This document shows positions 29,416-39,152 of a DNA stretch of 64,000 nt, in pieces. Location of the stretch: NCBI GenBank assembly GCA_002353225.1, contig DEJF01000025.1, forward strand, positions 2,818 through 66,817, given 5' to 3'. The notes beneath the pieces are model-generated. The model searched no databases. It worked only from the letters and a program-made list of their open reading frames with translations, and was not told the DNA's origin. The position numbers and the translations under genes are program-made. Within the stretch, counting starts at the first letter, position 1. The number at the start of each line of letters is the position of its first letter. Origin of the DNA: Prevotella sp. UBA2755. GTDB lineage: Bacteria; Bacteroidota; Bacteroidia; Bacteroidales; Bacteroidaceae.

Positions 29416-31407
29416 ATGAACAAGAAACTACTAATCTGTGCTCTTGCTTTGTCAACAGCACTTTCGTCTTTCGGACAGACAAGCGTGATGGACGTGAACA
29501 CCAAGAAATTGGGAGCACCCATCCAATCCACTATGTATGGCATTTTCTTCGAGGACATCAACTTCGCCGCCGACGGTGGCTTGTATGGTGAACTCGTCAA
29601 GAACCGCTCTTTTGAGTTCCCACAGGAATTGATGGGATGGCAGACCTTTGGGTGTGTGGATGTGGAGGATGACGGTCCCTTCGAGCGTTGTCCGCATTAC
29701 GTGGTCCTCTCCGACCCTGGTCATAAGGAGCGTCGCTCTGGTCTGGTGAACGAGGGATTCTTCGGCATTGGTGTCGAGAAAGGGGAGGCGTATCGCTTCT
29801 CCGTATGGGCAAAGGCTCCCAAGGGGGAGACAGCCATCCGCGTCCAATTGATTGACGAGAACTCGATGGACGAGAAACAGGAGTTTGTGGAGGAGGAGAT
29901 TACCATCACGGGGTCTGAGTGGAAGAAATACACTGTCACGCTGACATCTCCCAAGAAGGACAAGCAGGCTAAACTGCGTATCTTCCTGAAAGGTACCAAT
30001 AGTGTTGCTTTGGAGCATATCTCCCTCTTCCCCGTCAACACCTATAAGAATCGTGAGAACGGTATGCGTCGTGACCTCGCTCAGGCTCTTGCCGACCTCA
30101 AACCCGGCATCTTCCGCTTCCCTGGCGGCTGTATCGTAGAGGGCACTGACCTTGCCACCCGCTATCAGTGGAAGAACACCTTGGGACCTGTGGAGAACCG
30201 TCCTTTGAACGGCAACCGCTGGGAGCATACCTTCGACTACCGCTATTATCCCGATTACTTCCAGAGTTACGGATTGGGATTCTTCGAGTTCTTCCAACTC
30301 TCTGAGGATATCGGTGCCGAGCCACTGCCTATCCTGAGCGTTGGCCTGTCCTGCCAGTATCAGAACTGGAACGACGAGAGTGCCCATGTGCCCATGGACG
30401 AGTTAAAGCCATACATTGATGACTGTCTCGACCTCATCGAGTTCGCCAATGGTCCTGTGGACAGCAAATGGGGTAAGATCCGTGCGGAGATGGGACATCC
30501 CGCTCCTTTCAACATGAAGTATATCGGTGTGGGTAACGAGCAGTGGGGTGAGTTCTACTATGAGCGTCTGAAGCCCTTCGTAGCCGCTATCCGTGCCAAA
30601 TATCCCAATATCAAGATTGTAGGAACCAGTGGTCCTGTACCTGAGGACAAGCCCGACAACACCTATCGCTTCGAGGACGGCTGGAAGGCAATGAAAGCCC
30701 AGAAGGCTGATTTGGTCGACGAGCACTACTACCGCAACGAGGAGTGGTTCCTGACCCATGGACTGCGCTATGACTCCTACGACCGCAAGGGACCGAAAGT
30801 ATTCGCTGGCGAGTATGCCTGTCATGGAGAGGGTAAGAAATGGAACCACTACGAGGCTGCTATCCTGGAGGCTGCCTTCATGACAGGTTTCGAGCGTAAT
30901 GCGGATATCGTTCACATGACGACTCCCGCCCCACTCTTTGCCCATGTGGACGGCTGGCAGTGGCGCCCTGACCAGATCTGGTATGACAATACGGATATGT
31001 TCAAGACCGTCAGTTACTACGTACAACAGATGTACAGCACCAATGCTGGTACCAACGTCCTCTCCCTGACGATGGACAAGAAGCCTGTCGCCAACCAGGC
31101 AGGACAGAACGGGCTCTTCGCCTCTGCCGCCTTTGACAGCAAGACGGGTGAGATCATCATCAAGGTGGCTAACACCTCGAAGCAGAAGCAGTCTGTCGCC
31201 TTCAACCTCTCCAATATCAAGGGAGAGCGCACGGCAAAGACACTCACGCTCTGCCATGACGGTATGGATGACGAGAACTCCATCTGCAAACCCGAGTTGA
31301 TAACACCTAAGACAGGAACGGCTCAGGTAACTGCCGGGAGTAAGTCCGCTACCCTTAACGACGTACTCCCACCCATGTCATTCCGCATCTACCGTGTTGC
31401 AAATTAA
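29416..31407 (+). CDS. Alpha-L-arabinofuranosidase (GH51), secreted
   Basis: Signal peptide; YGIFFEDIN, RFPGGC, GNE acid/base and GEYA nucleophile motifs. Confidence 0.93.
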   Translation: MNKKLLICALALSTALSSFGQTSVMDVNTKKLGAPIQSTMYGIFFEDINFAADGGLYGELVKNRSFEFPQELMGWQTFGCVDVEDDGPFERCPHYVVLSDPGHKERRSGLVNEGFFGIGVEKGEAYRFSVWAKAPKGETAIRVQLIDENSMDEKQEFVEEEITITGSEWKKYTVTLTSPKKDKQAKLRIFLKGTNSVALEHISLFPVNTYKNRENGMRRDLAQALADLKPGIFRFPGGCIVEGTDLATRYQWKNTLGPVENRPLNGNRWEHTFDYRYYPDYFQSYGLGFFEFFQLSEDIGAEPLPILSVGLSCQYQNWNDESAHVPMDELKPYIDDCLDLIEFANGPVDSKWGKIRAEMGHPAPFNMKYIGVGNEQWGEFYYERLKPFVAAIRAKYPNIKIVGTSGPVPEDKPDNTYRFEDGWKAMKAQKADLVDEHYYRNEEWFLTHGLRYDSYDRKGPKVFAGEYACHGEGKKWNHYEAAILEAAFMTGFERNADIVHMTTPAPLFAHVDGWQWRPDQIWYDNTDMFKTVSYYVQQMYSTNAGTNVLSLTMDKKPVANQAGQNGLFASAAFDSKTGEIIIKVANTSKQKQSVAFNLSNIKGERTAKTLTLCHDGMDDENSICKPELITPKTGTAQVTAGSKSATLNDVLPPMSFRIYRVAN

Positions 31408-31464
31408 ATTGATTTGCAAAGTAAATCAAATTGAATTGTCGAGCAAATCAAATTGATTTGCAAT
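31399..31464. repeat. 3 x 22-bp palindromic tandem repeat
   Basis: GCAAATTAAATTGATTTGCAAA / GTAAATCAAATTGAATTGTCGA / GCAAATCAAATTGATTTGCAAT. Confidence 0.85.
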
Positions 31465-31483
31465 GACGGAAATAGTCACTAAC

Positions 31484-31526
31484 AAAAACAGCCTTGCTTC
31501 TAATCAGGAATAGCAAGGCTGTTTTT
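31484..31526 (+). terminator. Intrinsic terminator after the GH51 gene
   Basis: AAAAACAGCCTTGCT...AGCAAGGCTGTTTTT. Confidence 0.8.
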
Positions 31527-31624
31527 CATGGTTTATCACCATTGGAGAAGGAAAAATCAAGGCAAAATTTGGCTATTTGCCATAATCTTCGTAATTTTGT
31601 AGCGTATTGTGTAGATACGCGATT

Positions 31625-32581
31625 ATGACAGTAGCAGATTATATCAAACAAGATACAGGCGAGAGACGCTTCTCCTTTGAGGTACTGCCCCCACTGAAAG
31701 GTAATGGGACGGAAGCCTTGTTCCAGACCATCGACAAACTCGTGGAGTTCAACCCTGCGTTCATCAATATTACGACGCACCACTCGGAGTATGTCTACAA
31801 GGAACTGGAGAACGGACAGTTCGAGCGTCAGCGCATCCGCCGCCGACCAGGGACCATCGCCATCGCCGCGGCAATCCAGCACCGTTACGATATCCCCGTG
31901 GAGCCACATGTGATATGCAGTGGTATGACGATCGATCAGATCGAGTATGAGTTGCTTGACCTGCAGTTCTTAGGTATCCGCAACCTCATGCTGCTCAGGG
32001 GCGACAAGGCTAAGGAGGACAGCCGCTTTACGCCTACCCCTGGCGGTCATGCCCACACTACCGATCTCATCAAGCAGGTGGTACGCTTCAACGAGGGATT
32101 CTTTGCCGACGGTACTCCTATCAAGCACCCAGGTGCCAAGTTCGACTTCGGGGTTGCCTGCTATCCTGAGAAACATGAGGAGGCTCCCAATTTGGAGCGT
32201 GACATGGAGTATCTGAAGCAGAAGCAGGACTTAGGAGCCCAGTACGCGGTGACCCAGTTGTTCTACGACAACGAGAAATACTTCGAGTTCGTGGAGAAGG
32301 CACGACAGATGGGTATCACGATACCTATCGTACCCGGCATCAAGCCCATGGCGAAACTGAGTCAGTTGACAGTAGTGCCCAAGACGTTCCATTGTGACAT
32401 CCCAGAGGCACTCGCCAAGGAGATCGTGAAGTGTAAGACGGATGAGCAGGCTCGCCAACTGGGTATCGAGTGGACCAGCCACCAGTGTCAGGAACTCTAC
32501 GAGCACGGTGTCAAGAACATCCATTTCTATACGGTATCTGCCGTCGACTCCGTCGCGGAAATCACCAAGCGATTACTATAG
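31625..32581 (+). CDS. metF: Methylenetetrahydrofolate reductase
   Basis: FSFEVLPP, LRGD, VACYPEKH, TQLFYD and IHFYT motifs. Confidence 0.95.
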   Translation: MTVADYIKQDTGERRFSFEVLPPLKGNGTEALFQTIDKLVEFNPAFINITTHHSEYVYKELENGQFERQRIRRRPGTIAIAAAIQHRYDIPVEPHVICSGMTIDQIEYELLDLQFLGIRNLMLLRGDKAKEDSRFTPTPGGHAHTTDLIKQVVRFNEGFFADGTPIKHPGAKFDFGVACYPEKHEEAPNLERDMEYLKQKQDLGAQYAVTQLFYDNEKYFEFVEKARQMGITIPIVPGIKPMAKLSQLTVVPKTFHCDIPEALAKEIVKCKTDEQARQLGIEWTSHQCQELYEHGVKNIHFYTVSAVDSVAEITKRLL

Positions 32582-32601
32582 GCACTATAAAAAAAAAGAA
32601 T

Positions 32602-33708
32602 ATGTTCGAGCAAGTCATAGGACAACAAGAGGCACAAGCCCGGCTACTCCAGTTGCAACAGGAGCAGCGGCTGCCCCATGCCCTGATGCTCTGTGGACCC
32701 ATGGGGAGTGGTAAGATGGCGCTCGCCATGGCTTTTGCCAAGCACCTGCTGAGCCGCAACAGTAATGACGAGGCGATGCTGGCAAAATGGGAGCACCCTG
32801 ACTTGCATTTCACCTACCCTACCATCAAACTGCCTTCGATGGGTACCGACCACAAGCCCGTGTCCGATGATTTCGCACAAGAGTGGCATGAGTTGATTAT
32901 GGCAGGCTCTTACTTCACCATGACAGAATGGCTGGAGATGATGGGTGGGGAGAACCAGCAGGCGATCATCACAGCAGGTGAGAGTGACGCCCTCATCCGC
33001 AAACTGTCGCTCAAGTCGAGTCAGGGGGGCTATAAGGTGAGCCTCATCTGGTTGCCGGAACGCATGAATATCGAATGTGCCAATAAGATACTGAAACTCT
33101 TAGAGGAGCCTCCTCAGCAAACCATCTTCCTATTGGTGTGCGAGGAACCAGAGCGGTTGTTGGAGACCATCCGCAGTCGTGTACAGCGCATCGACATCAA
33201 ACGCATCGCCGATGAGGATATCCGACAAGCACTGATGAGCAAACGGGGACTCAGTGAGGAGAACGCCCAACGCGTGGCACGGATGGCAAACGGCAGTTGG
33301 CTGAAAGCACTGGAGATGCTGAGTGTTGACTCTGAGAACGAACTGTTCCTTGATATGTTCCAGACCTTGATGCGACTGGCGTATCAGCGAAAGGTGAAAG
33401 ACCTGAAGACGTGGAGCGAGCGGATGGCTGGCATGGGACGTGAGAAACAGAAACGGTTCCTCGACTATTTCCTGCGGCTCATCCGTGAGAATTTCATGTT
33501 TAACTTCCGAGAGCCCGACCTCTGCTATATGACACAGCGGGAAGAGGATTTCGCAAAGAACTTCGCCCGCTTCATCAACGAGGCAAATGTCATCCCTATC
33601 AGTGAACTGGCTAACCGCGCCATCAGGGATATCGGACAGAATGCCAATGCGAAGATCGTGTTCTTCGACTTCGCCCTGCAAATGATTGTACTATTAATAA
33701 CAAAATAA
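32602..33708 (+). CDS. holB: DNA polymerase III delta-prime subunit
   Basis: PHALMLCGPMGSGK, HPD, ANKILKLLEEPP and TIRSR motifs. Confidence 0.92.
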   Translation: MFEQVIGQQEAQARLLQLQQEQRLPHALMLCGPMGSGKMALAMAFAKHLLSRNSNDEAMLAKWEHPDLHFTYPTIKLPSMGTDHKPVSDDFAQEWHELIMAGSYFTMTEWLEMMGGENQQAIITAGESDALIRKLSLKSSQGGYKVSLIWLPERMNIECANKILKLLEEPPQQTIFLLVCEEPERLLETIRSRVQRIDIKRIADEDIRQALMSKRGLSEENAQRVARMANGSWLKALEMLSVDSENELFLDMFQTLMRLAYQRKVKDLKTWSERMAGMGREKQKRFLDYFLRLIRENFMFNFREPDLCYMTQREEDFAKNFARFINEANVIPISELANRAIRDIGQNANAKIVFFDFALQMIVLLITK

Positions 33709-33752
33709 CGATAGGTACTATAGCCACTATAGGAACTATAAAAACTAAAAGA
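33708..33752 (+). repeat. 5 x 9-bp degenerate tandem repeat (ACTATAGGN)
   Basis: ACGATAGGT ACTATAGCC ACTATAGGA ACTATAAAA ACTAAAAGA; a related stretch lies at 32575-32601. Confidence 0.75.
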
Positions 33753-33754
33753 AT

Positions 33755-34882
33755 ATGGAGAAAGTAAAAGACCTCGAGATAAAGACAGGATGTGACCGTG
33801 GACTCTGTCACCTTGCCGTAGGACGACAGGACAAGCAGTTGAACACCTACGACTGGCTTGCCGACGTACCCGGCAATACGGACACGACAGACTTGGTGGA
33901 GGTGCAGTTCAAGCATACCCGCAAGGGCTACTATCATAATGTCAACAACCTGGACTTGAAGAAAGGTGACATCGTTGCCGTAGAGGCAAACCCGGGTCAT
34001 GACATTGGGGTGGTCACCCTCACAGGACGACTGGTTAAGTTACAGATTAAGAAGGCTAACCTGAAGAGTGCGGACGACATCAAGCGTATCTATCGTATCG
34101 CACGTCCAGTGGACATGGAGAAATACCATGAGGCAAAGCGCCGTGAACACGCCACCATGATTGAGAGCCGCCAGATAGCCAAAGGACTGGGACTGAAGAT
34201 GAAGATCGGGGACGTGGAGTATCAGGGGGATGGTAATAAAGCAATCTTCTATTATATCGCTGACGAGCGTGTGGACTTCCGCCAACTCATCAAAGACCTT
34301 GCCGCTACGTTCCACGTACGCATCGAGATGAAACAGATCGGTGCCCGTCAGGAGGCAGGACGTATTGGTGGTACGGGACCTTGCGGACGTGAACTCTGCT
34401 GTGCCACATGGATGAAGAACTTCGTGAGTGTGGGAACCAGTGCCGCCCGCTACCAGGATATCTCCCTCAACCCCCAGAAACTGGCGGGTATGTGCGCCAA
34501 ACTGAAATGCTGTCTGAACTATGAGGTGGACGATTATGTGGAGGCTGGACGTAAACTTCCTGCCAAGGATATCGTCCTGCAGACACAAGACGCGGACTAC
34601 CACCTCTTCAAGTCGGACATTCTCGCTGGTCTCGTCTCCTACTCTACCGACAAGAATATCGCCGCCAATTTAGAGACAATCACGGCGGAGCGTGCCAAAC
34701 AGATTATCGAGATGAACCGCAAGGGAGAGAAACCGCTGTCATTACAGGAGAACGGCAGGAAACAGGAGCCTGTCCGTCCGCTTGACCTTGCCACCCAGGA
34801 GAATATCAACCGTTTCGACAAGGCGAAGAAGAAAAAGAAAAAGCATAAGAAGCCTAACAAGCCCAGAGATGCGAAAGAATAG
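33755..34882 (+). CDS. PSP1/YaaT (RicT)-family protein
   Basis: FYYIADERVDFRQL, GPCGRELCC and GMCAKLKCCLNYE motifs. Confidence 0.92.
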   Translation: MEKVKDLEIKTGCDRGLCHLAVGRQDKQLNTYDWLADVPGNTDTTDLVEVQFKHTRKGYYHNVNNLDLKKGDIVAVEANPGHDIGVVTLTGRLVKLQIKKANLKSADDIKRIYRIARPVDMEKYHEAKRREHATMIESRQIAKGLGLKMKIGDVEYQGDGNKAIFYYIADERVDFRQLIKDLAATFHVRIEMKQIGARQEAGRIGGTGPCGRELCCATWMKNFVSVGTSAARYQDISLNPQKLAGMCAKLKCCLNYEVDDYVEAGRKLPAKDIVLQTQDADYHLFKSDILAGLVSYSTDKNIAANLETITAERAKQIIEMNRKGEKPLSLQENGRKQEPVRPLDLATQENINRFDKAKKKKKKHKKPNKPRDAKE

Positions 34883-35342
34883 TTACACCTTATTATATTA
34901 TATAGGACTGATAGTGCTTCTTGCATGCTCCTCATGCGACAGCAAGACGACCTACAGCCGCTATCAGCATGTATCTATAGCAGGCTGGGAGAAGAATGAC
35001 GCTCTTTCCTATGAGATAGCGCCCATGAAAGAGAATGGCACATTCCAGAAAGCAATCGGGGTGCGTATCAGCAGTGACTATCCGTTCATGGGACTAACCT
35101 TGATTATAGAGCAGCAGGTATTCCCATCCATGGAGAGCCATAACGACACGCTCAACTGTAACCTGATTGACAAGGAGGGGAACGCCATCGGACAAGGTGT
35201 CACGCTCTACCAATACAAATTCCCCATCAACACGATGACCCTGCACAAAGGAGACTCATTGAGCATTCGTGTCCGTCATGACATGAAGAGGGAAATCCTG
35301 CCTGGCATTGCCGATATCGGTCTGATACTGACTAAACAATAA
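34869..35342 (+). CDS. gldH: GldH-family lipoprotein
   Basis: Lipobox region LACSSC; GW..ND, YPFMGL and HDMKREILPGIADIG motifs; follows the PSP1 gene. Confidence 0.85.
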   Translation: MRKNSYTLLYYIGLIVLLACSSCDSKTTYSRYQHVSIAGWEKNDALSYEIAPMKENGTFQKAIGVRISSDYPFMGLTLIIEQQVFPSMESHNDTLNCNLIDKEGNAIGQGVTLYQYKFPINTMTLHKGDSLSIRVRHDMKREILPGIADIGLILTKQ

Positions 35343-35344
35343 CC

Positions 35345-36808
35345 TTATTGTCTAATCAAGTTACGACTGGCATCTATTCGCAGGAAGATAAACAGCAGGA
35401 TGGTGAATCCCCATAAGGACGAACCGCCATAACTGAAGAACGGTAACGGAATACCGATCACAGGGGTCAGTCCTAACACCATACCCACATTGATAAACAC
35501 ATGGAACAGGAAGATACTTAGCACGCTATAGCCATATACCCTGCCGAAGCGGAACGGTTGTCGCTCCGACAGATGAATCAGTCGCAAGATCAAGGCAAGG
35601 AACAACAGCAACACACCTGCGGAGCCTAAGAAGCCCTCCTCCTCACCTACCGTACAGAAAATGAAGTCTGTATCTTGCTCTGGCACGAACTTCAACTTGG
35701 TCTGCGTACCATTCAGGAAGCCCTTTCCCTCCAAGCCTCCCGAGCCGATGGCTATCTCACTCTGATGGACATTATAGCCAGCACCACGAAGGTCTTCCTC
35801 CAAACCCAGCAAGACATTGATACGCGTACGTTGGTGGGGCTCCATCATGTTGTTCAGGATGAAGTCGGCACCATAGAAGAAACCCACTGACCCTATGGTG
35901 AAGAGTGCGATAAAATAGTAGTTACGGATGCGGGAACCCAATCCTTCCCATATCAGATAGCCAATCAGAATAACCGTCATGGCAAGTTGGATGTACACAA
36001 TATCGAAGGGGATCTTCAACAGTAACAAGGAGAACAGGGTAATACCCAAACAATAGAGTCCTATTTTCCAGGCGAGTTTCTTATTCCTGCCATAGACCCA
36101 TACCATGCCTGCCGCAAACAACTGTATCATCAACAACACAGAGAATTTACCCACAGAAGTCGGGGAGTCACCTAAATAGACCTCCGCATAACGGATACCC
36201 ACGACAAAGTAGATGACCATAGCCACACCAGTAAACAGAATGGAACCTGGCATTCCCTCCCTATAGAACATCAGGAAGAAGGCGAAGTACACCAAGGCGG
36301 AACCTGTCTCTCGCTGCATGATAATGAAAATCATCGGTAGGAAGATAATCGCCAATGTCGCCCCGAAATGCTTCCACTGATGGATATTATACCCATAGGT
36401 TGACATGAACTTTGCCAATGCGAGGGAGGTGGCGAACTTAGCGAACTCCGCCGGTTGTATGCGTAAAGGTCCTAATACCAGCCATGAGCGTGAGCCCTTG
36501 ATGGAATGCGTATTGAAGATGGTAAGGAACAGCAATATCAACAACAACCCATAGATGATATAGGCAAAGGTATCGTAGAAACGGTCGTCCGACATAAGGA
36601 TGGTGAAACCCAAGACAATCGACGTACCTATCCAGATAATCTGCATACCGGAACGTGTATCCAGACTGAAGATATCTGTGTTACCATAGGAATAACTGGC
36701 TCCACATACACTGATCCAGCCAAAGGTCAACAGGGCGATATAGATGAGTATCGTCCACCAGTCGATAGAACGGAAGATGCTGGTCTGCTTACCTGATTGT
36801 GTTGCCAT
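35345..36808 (-). CDS. rodA: Rod shape-determining protein RodA
   Basis: IQPAEFAK, PEQDTDFIF and PFFSYGGSS motifs; downstream of the PBP2 gene. Confidence 0.96.
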   Translation of the reverse strand: MATQSGKQTSIFRSIDWWTILIYIALLTFGWISVCGASYSYGNTDIFSLDTRSGMQIIWIGTSIVLGFTILMSDDRFYDTFAYIIYGLLLILLFLTIFNTHSIKGSRSWLVLGPLRIQPAEFAKFATSLALAKFMSTYGYNIHQWKHFGATLAIIFLPMIFIIMQRETGSALVYFAFFLMFYREGMPGSILFTGVAMVIYFVVGIRYAEVYLGDSPTSVGKFSVLLMIQLFAAGMVWVYGRNKKLAWKIGLYCLGITLFSLLLLKIPFDIVYIQLAMTVILIGYLIWEGLGSRIRNYYFIALFTIGSVGFFYGADFILNNMMEPHQRTRINVLLGLEEDLRGAGYNVHQSEIAIGSGGLEGKGFLNGTQTKLKFVPEQDTDFIFCTVGEEEGFLGSAGVLLLFLALILRLIHLSERQPFRFGRVYGYSVLSIFLFHVFINVGMVLGLTPVIGIPLPFFSYGGSSLWGFTILLFIFLRIDASRNLIRQ

Positions 36809-38645
36809 AAGATATATGTCTGTTTTGGAAATCTCTTGCTTTCTTCTCAGAAGCCTCAGAGAGTTTTCCGTGAATATACTGTTCCATGATCAAACCGCCA
36901 ATAGGCACACCATAGGTAGCGCCCCATCCGCCATTCTCCACATAGACGGCGACAGCGATTTGGGGTTTATCCATAGGGGCGAATCCCATAAACACAGAGT
37001 GGTCGTGGCCGCGGTTCTGTGCCGTACCAGTCTTTCCACAGGCGACGAAATCGTATTTTGCCAACTCATGACAGGTACCGCCGGTCGCAGACGCTCTCAT
37101 GCCAGCCACCACATAGTCGTATGCTTCGCGCTTAGCCAAAGTATAGTGTCTCTTGGTAAACGTCGTATCCAAGGCTTCGCCCTGCACCTTCTTCACCACA
37201 TGAGGAGTGAGGTAATAACCTCTGTTGGCTATCGTCGCTCCCAGATTAGCGATCTGCAATGGTGTGGCGTTCACCTCACCTTGTCCGATGGCAATAGAGA
37301 TAATGGTCAGACCGTTCCACGACCCCTTATAGGCACGGTCGTAATAGTCAGCATTGGGGATCAGTCCTCGTTTCTCTCCTGGCAAGTCGACACCCAGTTG
37401 ATAGCCAAATCCCATGCTCACCATATAGTCACGCCACTTGTTCATTGCCTTCTGCACTGAACCGTATTTCGAGATATTCTGGTTAATCATATAATAGAGT
37501 CCCCAGCAGAAATAGCCATTGCATGAAGTGGATAGGGCTGGTACCAAAGGTAATGGCGCCGCATGACCGTGACATCCCACATGCAAACCCCTGAAGTTGA
37601 AGCCATGGGCACAGGGATAGGCTGTCTGTGTGGGATGGATGATACCCTCACTCATGAAGGTTAGTCCCTGTGTGGTCTTAAAGGTGGAACCTGGAGGATA
37701 TTGTCCCATGATGCTACGGTTCAGCAGGGGTTTCCACACATTCTGACTCAGCAGACGATGATTCTTGGAGCGAGCACGTCCCACCATCATACGAGGGTCG
37801 TAGGACGGTGATGACACCATACAAAGAATCTCTCCTGTAGATGGTTCTATCGCTACGATACTGCCTATCTTTCCCTCCATCAGTCGCTCACCCAATGCCT
37901 GCAGGTCGGCATCCAGACTCAGTGTCAGATTCTTACCAGGTACCGGCTTACGGTCGAAAGCACCATTCTGGTAACGTCCCTGTATACGACCGTGAGCATC
38001 ACGCAAGAGGATCTGCATCCCTTTCTCACCACGCAACTGTTTCTCATAACTACGCTCAACACCCAGTTTCCCGATATAGTCACCCGGGATATAGTAGTCG
38101 TCTTGCTCTATATCTGCCGGTGATACCTCCGCCACATCGCCTAAGACATGGGCGGCAAAGGGATATTGGTACTGACGGATACTGCGTCGCTGCACATAGA
38201 AACCCGGGAAACGGAACATCCTTTCCTGAAACACGGAGAAGTCTTTGTCCGACAACTGACTGATGAATATCTGCTGGGTAAAACGACTATAGCCCGGATT
38301 CTTGATACGGTCCTTGATTTCCGCCATACGCTTGTCAAACTCCGCTTTCGTGATGTTCAACGCCTCACAGAACTCAAGGGTGTCCAAATGGTCTTTCGCC
38401 TCATTCATGATCACCATGATATCGTATGACGGTTGATTATAAACAAGCAGTTTCCCGTTTCTGTCCGTAATAATACCACGGGAAGGGTATTCTATCTTCT
38501 TGAGGAAAGCGTTAGAGTCGGCATTCTTCTTGTAGTCGTCACTCATAATCTGAAGAGTGAAGAGACGAATGATATAGATGACGACAATAGCAACCGCTAT
38601 CCCGCTAATCACATAACGCCGATAGTCTATCTCATAGTCTTTCAT
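36789..38645 (-). CDS. mrdA: Penicillin-binding protein 2
   Basis: RGIITDRNG, PGSTFK, SCN and KTGTAQ motifs; in the mre operon. Confidence 0.96.
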   Translation of the reverse strand: MKDYEIDYRRYVISGIAVAIVVIYIIRLFTLQIMSDDYKKNADSNAFLKKIEYPSRGIITDRNGKLLVYNQPSYDIMVIMNEAKDHLDTLEFCEALNITKAEFDKRMAEIKDRIKNPGYSRFTQQIFISQLSDKDFSVFQERMFRFPGFYVQRRSIRQYQYPFAAHVLGDVAEVSPADIEQDDYYIPGDYIGKLGVERSYEKQLRGEKGMQILLRDAHGRIQGRYQNGAFDRKPVPGKNLTLSLDADLQALGERLMEGKIGSIVAIEPSTGEILCMVSSPSYDPRMMVGRARSKNHRLLSQNVWKPLLNRSIMGQYPPGSTFKTTQGLTFMSEGIIHPTQTAYPCAHGFNFRGLHVGCHGHAAPLPLVPALSTSCNGYFCWGLYYMINQNISKYGSVQKAMNKWRDYMVSMGFGYQLGVDLPGEKRGLIPNADYYDRAYKGSWNGLTIISIAIGQGEVNATPLQIANLGATIANRGYYLTPHVVKKVQGEALDTTFTKRHYTLAKREAYDYVVAGMRASATGGTCHELAKYDFVACGKTGTAQNRGHDHSVFMGFAPMDKPQIAVAVYVENGGWGATYGVPIGGLIMEQYIHGKLSEASEKKARDFQNRHISYGNTIR

Positions 38646-39148
38646 TCCTGCTTGTCCTGAACAGTCTCAAATGTCAATATCATCAACAAGGTGATGGCGG
38701 CACTGCCTATCACGCTTTTCAACCATTCAACCCAGTTATAGAGGGTGAAAGCATCCAGCGTGAAGAACACCAGACAATAGATGAGCACCATGACCAGCGA
38801 ATAGTAGAAATACTTTACCCACCCGATATTCCGTATCGAGGGCTGCATATTCTCCGCAGCATCACGTGACACATACAACTCAAAGTAATATGGTTGAATA
38901 GCACCTAACAAAGTCATCGAGGCAGCGGCTACTCCTGGGGTATTGAAGAAAATATCCACTACGAGCCCTAATCCAAAACTCCACAGCAGGACTGCCCATT
39001 TGGGATAGTTACGGGGAAAGAGCAGAACGAAATAGACATAAAACAATGGTGTGGCATATCCAAACAGATGGATACGTCCCAGTATCAACGCCTGTGCCAA
39101 CACAAAGGCGACAAACAAACCTGCCCGTTTGAATATATCTGCCGACAT
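38642..39148 (-). CDS. mreD: Rod shape-determining protein MreD
   Basis: Hydrophobic 168 aa with GLVVDIFFNTPG, between mreC and mrdA. Confidence 0.9.
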   Translation of the reverse strand: MSADIFKRAGLFVAFVLAQALILGRIHLFGYATPLFYVYFVLLFPRNYPKWAVLLWSFGLGLVVDIFFNTPGVAAASMTLLGAIQPYYFELYVSRDAAENMQPSIRNIGWVKYFYYSLVMVLIYCLVFFTLDAFTLYNWVEWLKSVIGSAAITLLMILTFETVQDKQE

Positions 39149-39152
39149 TCCC

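Noticed and set aside
29452-31257. Long antisense ORFs opposite GH51 (and similar ones opposite dnaE, mreB, tonB)
   Set aside because: Shadow frames produced by the codon bias of well-supported genes; no motifs.
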